From Nitrospira sp. (GTDB lineage: Bacteria > Nitrospirota > Nitrospiria > Nitrospirales > Nitrospiraceae): 64,000 bases of DNA. Location of the stretch: the NCBI GenBank assembly GCA_047150005.1, contig AP038806.1, positions 2,304,001 to 2,368,000 on the forward strand, read 5' to 3'. The translations under genes were made by a program, and so were the position numbers. This document shows, in pieces, positions 50,318 through 58,659 of this stretch (the first letter of the stretch is position 1; each line of letters opens with the position of its first letter). Below the pieces are notes generated by a model. It saw nothing but the letters and a program-made list of their open reading frames with translations, had not been told where the DNA came from and ran no database searches.

Positions 50318-52197
50318 TGATTCCCAGAGATGAGGTGAGTGCCATGCAATACGGCGGCGCATCGATTCAGCGGGTCCTTCGGACCACCGGTGGTCTTCGC
50401 GAGGTCCTCGCCGGGCTCATGGTCGCCGTGGGCCTCCTGGCCCTTCCTTCGTTCGGGGTCGCCGCGGACACCCCGGCGGCGGCGACCGAGTACAGGGACA
50501 TTCCCGGCATCGGGAGCCGCAACATCGTCTGGATCATCGCGCAGCTGCATCTTCTGCTCGCCGGCTTCGTGTTAGGCGTGCCGATTTTTGCCTGGCTCTG
50601 CGAAGTCGTCGGCTGGAAGAGCGGGGAAAAGCGCTACGATAAGCTGGCCAAGGAATTCACCAAACTGCTGACCTCCTCCTACGCGACCACAGCGCTGTTC
50701 GGCGGCATTCTCTTGTTCCTGCTCATCGCGTTCTACCCGAAGCTGATGAACTACCTGACGGATATCTTCTTCCCCTCCTTCATTTTCTACTGCATCCTAT
50801 TCCTCTTGGAAACCGCCACTCTGTACCTCTACTGGTACGGTTGGGATGCGATGCAGGACGGCGGGAAGAAGACGTTTCATATTTTCCTGGGCTTTCTGCT
50901 CAATCTCTTCGCGTTCTTCATCATGATCGTCCCCAATTCCTGGGCGACCTTCCAGGCCAGCCCCGTCGTGATCGCCGAAGGGACGGACCTGCAGCGCGCC
51001 TGGGCTGCGACCTGGAACCCCACCTGGTGGCCCGTGAACATCCACCGGTTGATCGCCAACGTCGTGCTCGGCGGGTACATTTGCGGCGCTTACGCCGGCA
51101 TCCGGTATCTGGCGGCCAGAAACGCAGAAGAGCGTGACCACTACGACTGGATGGGCTATGTCGGCAACTTCATCGGAGTATTCGGGCTGTTGCCCCTTCC
51201 GTTCGCCGGTTATTGGCTGATGCGCGAAATCTACCAATACAATCAGCAGATGGGCATCACCCTGATGGGCGGATTCCTGTCCTGGCTGTTTATTCTACAG
51301 GCCATGTTGATCGGGGTTCTGTTCCTTGGCTCCAACTATTATTTCTGGCTCGGTATTACGCACCGCATCCCGGGTTCGGAAATGAGATACCGTAAACCCA
51401 TCATGACGATGTTGGTCATCCTCCTCCTGTGTTTGGGAGTGTGGATGACACCGCACTCGCTCGTCGCCAGCTTGGAAGAAGCCCGCAAGATGGGCGGCAC
51501 CCACCATCCTCTGCTCGGGGTATTCGGGGTCATGTCCGCCAAGATGACGGTGGCCAATCTCATGATTCTTGTCACATTCATGAGTTTTATTATGTATTGG
51601 CGCGCGGGCAAACAGGAGACGGCCACCTGGGCCAAGGTGGCGAAGTCAGTCATGGGCGGAGTGCTCGTACTTGCGGGTATTGCCGTGATCGTGCTCGGCG
51701 TGTGGGGCTATTTTGTGCCGGCGATCATCCGCATCAATTACTTCTCGACCTCGCAGGTGCTCATCGTGCTGTTCGTCATGCTGACGATCACGCCCTTGAC
51801 GGCCCTGTTGTTAAAAAGCGCCAAGACCACCACCGAAATGGTGTGGGGCCGCATGCCTCCGCGGGCGGGCTACGCGCTGGTCTTGAACGCGGTGATGGTC
51901 ATCCTGCTCATGACGCTGATGGGCTATGCCCGATCGTCCTCCAGAGTGCACTGGCACATCTACGGTGTCATGCGGGACTCGTCTCAATACGCCTTTTCTC
52001 CGGCGCTCGGCTATGCCGCGGCCTTCATGGCGTTGAACACGTTCTTGTTCTGCCTTCTTGTGGCCTTCATCTTCTGGGTCGCGACGATGGGGGATAAGGG
52101 CAAGGCGGGAGGACAGGGCGAGGCGGCCAAAGGAGCGTTGCCGCACGGCGTGCCGGCTATGGCGGGCGGATCTCCGGCTCGCCGGAGCGAGCAATGA
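50317..52197 (+). CDS. Cytochrome bd-like oxidase subunit I (CydA-like), copy 2
   Basis: AQLHLLLAGFVLGVP, RYDKLAK, NIHRLIAN, WMTPH, GTHHP, GYARSSSRVHWH; start at 50317 or 50344. Confidence 0.8.
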   Translation: MIPRDEVSAMQYGGASIQRVLRTTGGLREVLAGLMVAVGLLALPSFGVAADTPAAATEYRDIPGIGSRNIVWIIAQLHLLLAGFVLGVPIFAWLCEVVGWKSGEKRYDKLAKEFTKLLTSSYATTALFGGILLFLLIAFYPKLMNYLTDIFFPSFIFYCILFLLETATLYLYWYGWDAMQDGGKKTFHIFLGFLLNLFAFFIMIVPNSWATFQASPVVIAEGTDLQRAWAATWNPTWWPVNIHRLIANVVLGGYICGAYAGIRYLAARNAEERDHYDWMGYVGNFIGVFGLLPLPFAGYWLMREIYQYNQQMGITLMGGFLSWLFILQAMLIGVLFLGSNYYFWLGITHRIPGSEMRYRKPIMTMLVILLLCLGVWMTPHSLVASLEEARKMGGTHHPLLGVFGVMSAKMTVANLMILVTFMSFIMYWRAGKQETATWAKVAKSVMGGVLVLAGIAVIVLGVWGYFVPAIIRINYFSTSQVLIVLFVMLTITPLTALLLKSAKTTTEMVWGRMPPRAGYALVLNAVMVILLMTLMGYARSSSRVHWHIYGVMRDSSQYAFSPALGYAAAFMALNTFLFCLLVAFIFWVATMGDKGKAGGQGEAAKGALPHGVPAMAGGSPARRSEQ

Positions 52198-52203
52198 GTA
52201 ATT

Positions 52204-52260
52204 TTGAATTGTGAATGTTGAGGTGTTTTCCAATTCAACATTGAACATTCAACGTTCATC
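52204..52260. repeat. Inverted heptamer arrays (AT-rich hairpin) at an intra-operon junction
   Basis: TTGAATT GTGAATG TTGAGGT ... TTCAACA TTGAACA TTCAACG. Confidence 0.65.
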
Positions 52261-52280
52261 TTTCCACACCAAGGGTGGTT

Positions 52281-52904
52281 ATGAGTGAAGTAGTCAAGCT
52301 GCAGTTGATCGGTCTGAGCGTGGTCGGGGTGGGTATCGTCATCCTGCTTTTTGTCCGTGCTCAATTCGCCCGCGTCATCGGGTTCGTGGCGATCGTCCTC
52401 GGACTCTTCTCGCTGGTCGCGCTCGCCGTTCCCCAAATGGCCTCGCTGCCGCCCGCGGAAGAGAAATTCGACATCGCGACCGTCAAGACACCGACGGACA
52501 TGGCGGCCATCGGCCAGAAGATCTTCTTCAGCAAGGGGCAATGCGCGCTCTGCCACTCCATCGGTCCCAGCGAATCGGCCCGTTGCCCGGACCTCAAGGG
52601 GATCGGCGCCAAGCTGAGCAGGGAGTTCATCTTCGAGAGCCTGACGCAGCCGCAAGCTTACATTTACTTGGATTATCGGCATGAGGGCCTGCCGAAGGAG
52701 TATCCGGCGAGAATGCCCTATATCAACCGGAATCCCATTGGTCTGACAAAAAACGAGATCCTGTCCGTCATCGCATTTCTGCAGCAGATGAGCGGAGAAC
52801 CGATTTCCGTGAATCCGTCCGAACTCGAAGTGCCGGGACAGGCTCCCGCAGCTCCCGTCAAGGCTGGGGAATCGGATCCTGTCGCCGTCGCGAAAGCGCA
52901 CTGA
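52281..52904 (+). CDS. Membrane-anchored monoheme cytochrome c
   Basis: Two TM helices, GQCALCH, RCPDL, ESL..P, RMP. Confidence 0.83.
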   Translation: MSEVVKLQLIGLSVVGVGIVILLFVRAQFARVIGFVAIVLGLFSLVALAVPQMASLPPAEEKFDIATVKTPTDMAAIGQKIFFSKGQCALCHSIGPSESARCPDLKGIGAKLSREFIFESLTQPQAYIYLDYRHEGLPKEYPARMPYINRNPIGLTKNEILSVIAFLQQMSGEPISVNPSELEVPGQAPAAPVKAGESDPVAVAKAH

Positions 52905-52913
52905 GGAGGCATT

Positions 52914-53633
52914 ATGGGAGGCGCACTGGTCAAGCCAATCATCCTGCTGGTCGCTGTGTATCTAGTGCTGAAGCTCATCGTGCCCAACATTCCGGGCTCG
53001 GCTCCGCTTCCGTCCAGTCTCATTTTTCTCTATCTGATGCTGGTGAGTTCCGGGATCGTGATTTTTGCGACGCTCAGCGGAGAGTCGAAAGACTCGTTTT
53101 GGGGGCCGATCCAGCGGTTTCTGACCGGAGAGAACATCGGCGGGCTGCAGATGCTTCGCTACGGCATTCTCATTCTCTTTCCGCTCCTGGTCGGGTGGCA
53201 GACCTACGGCAGCACGGCGCCGAGCGATCAGCCGCCTGCCGAGAACCGGACGATTCACCCCGCTCCGCCCGGCGAATATACCGGCTTGTCGAACCCGGTT
53301 CCCAAGACTCCGGAAAACATCATGCAGGGTAAAGGTTTTTATGCGGCCTTCTGCTCCCCCTGTCACGGAGGACAATTCGACGGCAAAGGGCCGGCGGCCC
53401 GTGGCTTCAATCCGCCTCCGGCGAATTTTTCGGATCCGACGACGATCGCAATGTTGCAGGAGAGCTACCTGTTCTGGCGTATCAAGAAGGGCGGGGTGGG
53501 GCTTCCCATCGAAGGGATGCCCTGGAAGTCCGCCATGCCGCGCTGGGAAGTCGAGCTCCCGGACGAATGGATCTGGAAGATCATCATGGGCGAGTACGAC
53601 GGGGCGCATCAATCGCCTCGCACCTGGGAATAG
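52914..53633 (+). CDS. Membrane-anchored monoheme cytochrome c
   Basis: Three TM helices, CSPCH, GKGPAA, FWRIKKGG, SAMP.W. Confidence 0.83.
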   Translation: MGGALVKPIILLVAVYLVLKLIVPNIPGSAPLPSSLIFLYLMLVSSGIVIFATLSGESKDSFWGPIQRFLTGENIGGLQMLRYGILILFPLLVGWQTYGSTAPSDQPPAENRTIHPAPPGEYTGLSNPVPKTPENIMQGKGFYAAFCSPCHGGQFDGKGPAARGFNPPPANFSDPTTIAMLQESYLFWRIKKGGVGLPIEGMPWKSAMPRWEVELPDEWIWKIIMGEYDGAHQSPRTWE

Positions 53634-53672
53634 ACCGGCGGCTGGTGCCGGCGGACGCGAAACGAGGACAGC

Positions 53673-54506
53673 ATGAAATCGGCAAAGCGGAAGACACAGT
53701 GGCACAAGGGCGAGGCGGCGCTGCTTGCGGCCGTCATGGTCCTGTGCAGCGCGACGGCGAGTCTCGCCCAGGAGAGCGTGGCGGTACGGGCTCCGATGGT
53801 CAAGGGCACGCTTCCGGCGGAAGATCCGGATTCAGCCCTCTGGAACAGCGCACCGGTTTCGCAATTCCCGATGTCTCCGCAGGTCCATTGGCAGAACCGC
53901 ATTCAGGAAGCGACGGTGAAAGACGTCAAGGTTCGCGCGCTGCACGATGGAACGCAGGTGGCGTTTCTCCTGGAATATGCCGATCCCACGCAGGATCCTG
54001 ACGACGCGGCTGCGCTGGAATTCATGGTCGGCGACAAAAAGGCGCACTTCGCGCACGGCCAGCCGATGGCTCAGGTCGAAGGAGGACCGGTCAACATCTG
54101 GTTCTGGAAGAACAAAGAGAACAAGGCCGTCGACATGAGCGCCATCGGATTCGGCACGTTGAAGGCGCAATCGCATCAGGACGTGAAGGGCAAGGGCGTC
54201 TATGCGAACGGCACCTGGAAGGTGGTCTTTTCCCGTCCGCTGGCGACCGAGCATCCCGACGAAGACACGCAGGTCAAGCCCGGCGAATTCATCAACATCG
54301 CGTTCGCCGTCTGGGACGGACAAAAGGACGCGGCCGGCGAATTGCGTGAGAAGGGGTCGCAGAAAGCCGTCTCGTCCTGGTGGTATTTCCGTGCCGAGCC
54401 GCCCGCCGACTATTCCGGCTATCTCTATGCGGCGATGGCCATCGCGCTGGCCGTCGGATTTCAATTCGTCCTGATCCGAAAACTCAAGAAAGGGCAGTCA
54501 GCATGA
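53673..54506 (+). CDS. Ethylbenzene-dehydrogenase gamma-subunit-like (DOMON heme b) membrane-anchored protein; NxrC-like
   Basis: Signal peptide, W..AP, VRALHDG..LEYAD, DAAALEF, VNIWFWK, GTWKVVFSRPL, AFAVWDG..E.G..KAVS.W, C-terminal TM. Confidence 0.75.
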   Translation: MKSAKRKTQWHKGEAALLAAVMVLCSATASLAQESVAVRAPMVKGTLPAEDPDSALWNSAPVSQFPMSPQVHWQNRIQEATVKDVKVRALHDGTQVAFLLEYADPTQDPDDAAALEFMVGDKKAHFAHGQPMAQVEGGPVNIWFWKNKENKAVDMSAIGFGTLKAQSHQDVKGKGVYANGTWKVVFSRPLATEHPDEDTQVKPGEFINIAFAVWDGQKDAAGELREKGSQKAVSSWWYFRAEPPADYSGYLYAAMAIALAVGFQFVLIRKLKKGQSA

Positions 54507-55519
54507 AGGCGGCAAGGCTGCAAGTCATGGGAGCGGTGGCCGGCCTGATGGGGGTCTGGGCTCTGGTGGCCGGCGGATGCGCAAGCGAGCAGCAGAAGAA
54601 AGGGCAGGAGCTCTATGCCCACTACTGCCTGCACTGCCACGGCGAACACGGCCGGCAGAACGAAGGCTTCAATTGGTCCTCCATGCCGGATCCCAAGCCC
54701 AAGGATCTGTCGAATAAATCCGAGATGGGAACCTTCAAGGACGAGGACATCTTCAATACCATTTCACGCGACATGAAGGATACGAGCCCGGGCGGCGACA
54801 AAATCGGTGACGACGAGTTCGCCGTCCCGACCATGCCGACGTTCAAGTACACGCTCTCGGAAGATGAAATCTGGGCCATCGTGGCCTACGTCCGCACCTT
54901 GCATGGCATGAAGCTGGAGTTCAAAGTCGAGGAACGCAAGAAGGAACTCGCAGACGCGTCACAGGCCGCGCAGTCCAAGTTCGATCAGGCCAAGCAGGAC
55001 TACGAAGCAGCCGAAAAGAAGGCGAGCGAGGAGGCTGAAAAGAAGAGCGCGCAGTTGAAGAAGGACGTGGATGTGGATGAATCGTCCTACGCGAAGGAAC
55101 AGGCGGCGATGGCCCAAGCCAAAAAGGATCTCGACGCCGCACAGGTCGCACTGAACAACTTTTCGACCAGACCCGGCAAGGGCGTCAACGTGCCGAGGCC
55201 GGACTTGACGGTGAAGCCTGATCAGGCCGCGAAGCTGGCGGAAGTCGGCAAGAACCTGTACGCGAACAAATACGGCTGCAACGGGTGCCACAGCCTTGCA
55301 GAAGAAGGCGGCAAAGTCGGCCCGGCATTGGATCGAGCGGGCTTCCGTCTCAACGGCACGTGGGTCTATCGCTGGGTGAAGAATCCGCAAGCCATGAAGC
55401 CGGAAACCAGAATGCCGGCATTGGGGTTGAGTGACGCGGATGCCAAGGCCGTGGTCATGTACCTCAATACGTTGCGTGCGCCGAAGGCCGAACCTCCGAG
55501 CGACAAGCCGGCCAGCTGA
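54503..55519 (+). CDS. Diheme cytochrome c lipoprotein with a central coiled coil
   Basis: Lipobox AGGC, CLHCH and CNGCH, GPAL..AG.RL, P.TRMP. Confidence 0.85.
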   Translation: MKAARLQVMGAVAGLMGVWALVAGGCASEQQKKGQELYAHYCLHCHGEHGRQNEGFNWSSMPDPKPKDLSNKSEMGTFKDEDIFNTISRDMKDTSPGGDKIGDDEFAVPTMPTFKYTLSEDEIWAIVAYVRTLHGMKLEFKVEERKKELADASQAAQSKFDQAKQDYEAAEKKASEEAEKKSAQLKKDVDVDESSYAKEQAAMAQAKKDLDAAQVALNNFSTRPGKGVNVPRPDLTVKPDQAAKLAEVGKNLYANKYGCNGCHSLAEEGGKVGPALDRAGFRLNGTWVYRWVKNPQAMKPETRMPALGLSDADAKAVVMYLNTLRAPKAEPPSDKPAS

Positions 55520-55609
55520 GGCGACCGAAGACGCGAGAACCCTGGTTCGCCTCGCCCGGTTGTGTGCCGCCTGCCGGACGGCCGGTCTTGGCACCGGACG
55601 CGCACCTGC

Positions 55610-56539
55610 TCACCAGAGAAATCCTGCGAGCATTCCCACCAGAATTCCCGACCCGATCCACACGTGCCGATGAAACAGCGCGAAGGCTCGCGCGGGCGAG
55701 ACGGATCCCATCAGTTCCACAATCTGTACGGCGAAAAGGCCGGCGGCCATCGCGAGCGAGGCGTAATAGCTCCATCCGATCCCTGTACGCCGGCCGGCAA
55801 GCGCCAGGAAGCTCAACATCCCGCCGAGCGACGCGGCCACCGCGAGCCAGGTCCATCGGTCGAAGAACAGCGCGGAGGATTTCACTCCGACACGCCGATC
55901 GTCCTCTCGGTCCTGCAGCGCATAGACGGTATCGTAGCCGATCGCCCAACAGATCGTGGCGCCGAAGAGCAGCCATGCCGGGCTCTCGACTGTGCCGCGT
56001 GCAGCGGACCAGGCCATGATCGTCCCCCAGCCGAAGGCGACGCCCAGCATCGCTTGCGGAACATGGACGATCCGCTTGGCAAATGGATAGAGGGCGGCCA
56101 ACAGCACGGCGACGGGACTCAACAGGAGCGTCAGCGGATTGAGCGTCAGGACCAGAGCCAACGCCGCTCCGAGCAGGAGGGCGGCCAGCCAGCAGGCATG
56201 GCGGAAAGACAGTTCTCCGGAGGCCAACGGCCGGGACTTTGTCCTCGCCACCTCCCGATCGACGGTTCGATCCGCCAAGTCATTGAGCACGACCCCCGCG
56301 CTCCGCATCAGGAAGGAACCGGCCGAAAATATGAGGATCAAGCCCAGGGGAGGGAATCCGCGCGCGGCCAGGACGAGAGACCAGAGCGTCGGCAGCAGCA
56401 ACAACCATGTTCCCGTCTGGCTGTGCAGGCGGATGAGGCGGGCGACGGCGGACCACGAGAGCCGAGGCACCTGTCGTTCGGCACTCGGCCGGGGATGGGA
56501 GTCGGTCAAGGGAGTCATCCGTTCAGCCTGAGCCTTCAT
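55610..56539 (-). CDS. ubiA: 4-hydroxybenzoate polyprenyltransferase
   Basis: RSAG..LND.ADR..D..VART..RPLASG, YPFAKR, YDTVYALQD.EDD...GVKS. Confidence 0.9.
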   Translation of the reverse strand: MKAQAERMTPLTDSHPRPSAERQVPRLSWSAVARLIRLHSQTGTWLLLLPTLWSLVLAARGFPPLGLILIFSAGSFLMRSAGVVLNDLADRTVDREVARTKSRPLASGELSFRHACWLAALLLGAALALVLTLNPLTLLLSPVAVLLAALYPFAKRIVHVPQAMLGVAFGWGTIMAWSAARGTVESPAWLLFGATICWAIGYDTVYALQDREDDRRVGVKSSALFFDRWTWLAVAASLGGMLSFLALAGRRTGIGWSYYASLAMAAGLFAVQIVELMGSVSPARAFALFHRHVWIGSGILVGMLAGFLW

Positions 56540-56653
56540 GAGAGCGATTCGACAAGCGTGTCCCGATCGAGGGGACCATAGCCGAGCAGTCTGAGCCTGT
56601 CAAATCACCGCGTCTGTTGTGCTCGAACAAGACTTTTCGGTATAACGACTATT

Positions 56654-58609
56654 GTGCGACTGGCGCAGAGAGAACCGTGGGTATCCCTCCCGCGCGCGAC
56701 CGGGCACGCACTGGCATGGCTCTCGCTGCTCTTCCTCACCTCCTGCGGTCTGTTCGCCTCCCGCGACGGTCTTGGATCCGGTTACTACCTCCCGCTCACC
56801 GTCCAGGTGAGAATGGCTCCGACGATCGCGGAGGCCCAGCTCTCCTATCAAGATGCCTGTAATGCCGCAAAAACGTTGCCTTTGGGCGACATGCTGACGA
56901 CGGCGATCAAGCGAAAGTCCGGGCGCGTGTTCGAGAAGGTCGTCTTCGACGAACAGTCGGCTGTGCCGGTGGACGGTTACGAGGATGTCTCGCTCGGACT
57001 GGCCAACGCGACCCTCAATGCCTATCGGAAGGCGAATAAATCCCACCCCGCGACGGTGGAGATCGGCCTCGACTTCGCGTTGACCACGGCGGACGGGACC
57101 GTACTCTACAACAAGAAATTGAAGAGTATCGGAAAAGGAGAAGTGGACACGACCGACACGTCTTGCGACGTCACCGGGTTGGATTCCGTCGCCCAGGAGG
57201 CCGTCAACAACGTCACCGACGGGATGGCGAAACAACTCGGGACATCGAGCAAGATCGCCGCCCTTGCCGACGCCAGAAAGGCCGGCACCGCGGCCTCCAC
57301 CGGATCTTCACCGGCCCGTTCTTCAGCCCCTCCCTCGCCGCTGGCGGCCACGGCAGGCCAGGCGGGGGCGGTCGCCGCGCAGTCTTCGGCACCGGCTGCG
57401 GCGGCCGCCCCGTCGAGTCCGGCCGCGGAGCCCGCGACCATCACGTTTCGGGCGATCATCCGCGATGAAAACCGCAACCAATTGCTCCACACAGGCGAGG
57501 CCCTTTCCGTCGAGATCGAGGTCAAGAACGAAGGACCGGGTGACGCCGCCGGCGTGGAGATTCTGGTCAGCGGCACGCCGGAGTTGATCGAGCAGATCCC
57601 CGGCGTCTTGGCGGTCGGCGAGCTTCCGGCCGGCGAGGTGAAGCGCATGTCGTTGGACGGGAAGATCGGAACGGTCAAAGAAGAAATCCAAGCCGAATTG
57701 GTGCTGACCATGCGAAGTCGTTCGTCGTCGGACCGGCTGCCGTCCGCGAAGAAGTTTGCGGTGGCCATGAAGCCGGACACGGCGTCGGAGGCGACGGCTG
57801 TGCCGGTGGACGTGGATCAGTTGCCCAAGCGGGTCGTCAAGATCAAACAGCCGAAGGCCGTCGGCATCGCAATCGGGATCGGTCAGTTCCGGGAAGACGG
57901 GCTTCAGCGGGTGAGGTATGCCGCGCATGACGCGGAGGTTGTGGCGGCCTACTGGCAGGGGGTCGTCGGCATTCCTTCGGATCGGGTGCGGCGGCTGACG
58001 GACTCGCACGCGCTGAAGGGGGATCTGACCGACGTCTTCGAAGATTGGCTTCCCAAGCAAGCGGACGCCGCCACGGTGGCGTACATCTACCTGTCCGGTC
58101 GCGGGGTAGTAGAAGCCTCGAACGGCGCCGTGTCGGTGGTCCCGTTCGACGGCACCCCGTCCTCTGCGGCGAGACTCTACTCCTTGAGGCGTCTGCACGA
58201 AGCGCTGGTGAAGTCGCCGATGCAGCGCGCCATCATCATACTCGATCTCTCGCTCGAACGAGTGGCGATGAAAGACGGGGTGGAGCCCGTGCCCCCGCTG
58301 TGGGAACAGACAGGCGAGGGTAAGGAACGAATCATGTGGATGGTGGGGAATCGCGCCGTTCAGGAGGCCCACCCCTATGATCTCGGACAACATGGGCTGT
58401 TTACCTATGAAATTCTGAAGGGGTTGGGAGGGGCGGCGGATATCGATCAGGACGGCACCGTACTCGCCGGAGAACTCTGCACCTATGCGAAGGGGCGAGT
58501 GTTCAAGTCAGCGCGGGAACGATTCGGGAACGAACAGGAGCCGCTCTGCATTCCGCCACCGGGACAAGGGGCGACAGTTCGCTTGCAGCCCGTTGCCAAA
58601 ATCAAATAG
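56654..58609 (+). CDS. Lipoprotein with an Ig/CARDB-like domain and a C-terminal caspase (C14)-like domain lacking the catalytic dyad
   Basis: Lipobox LTSC; Ala/Pro linker; VKNEGPGDA; IGIG..YAAHDAE, YLSGRG, IILDLS, HGLFTY..LKGL.G.AD.DQDG. Confidence 0.72.
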   Translation: MRLAQREPWVSLPRATGHALAWLSLLFLTSCGLFASRDGLGSGYYLPLTVQVRMAPTIAEAQLSYQDACNAAKTLPLGDMLTTAIKRKSGRVFEKVVFDEQSAVPVDGYEDVSLGLANATLNAYRKANKSHPATVEIGLDFALTTADGTVLYNKKLKSIGKGEVDTTDTSCDVTGLDSVAQEAVNNVTDGMAKQLGTSSKIAALADARKAGTAASTGSSPARSSAPPSPLAATAGQAGAVAAQSSAPAAAAAPSSPAAEPATITFRAIIRDENRNQLLHTGEALSVEIEVKNEGPGDAAGVEILVSGTPELIEQIPGVLAVGELPAGEVKRMSLDGKIGTVKEEIQAELVLTMRSRSSSDRLPSAKKFAVAMKPDTASEATAVPVDVDQLPKRVVKIKQPKAVGIAIGIGQFREDGLQRVRYAAHDAEVVAAYWQGVVGIPSDRVRRLTDSHALKGDLTDVFEDWLPKQADAATVAYIYLSGRGVVEASNGAVSVVPFDGTPSSAARLYSLRRLHEALVKSPMQRAIIILDLSLERVAMKDGVEPVPPLWEQTGEGKERIMWMVGNRAVQEAHPYDLGQHGLFTYEILKGLGGAADIDQDGTVLAGELCTYAKGRVFKSARERFGNEQEPLCIPPPGQGATVRLQPVAKIK

Positions 58610-58659
58610 CGGACACAAACCAGCTAGGTCACCGGCAGATGCAGCATCAGTGGCGCTGA

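Noticed and set aside
55562..56581. 339-aa + strand ORF after the respiratory operon
   Set aside because: Antisense to a clear ubiA
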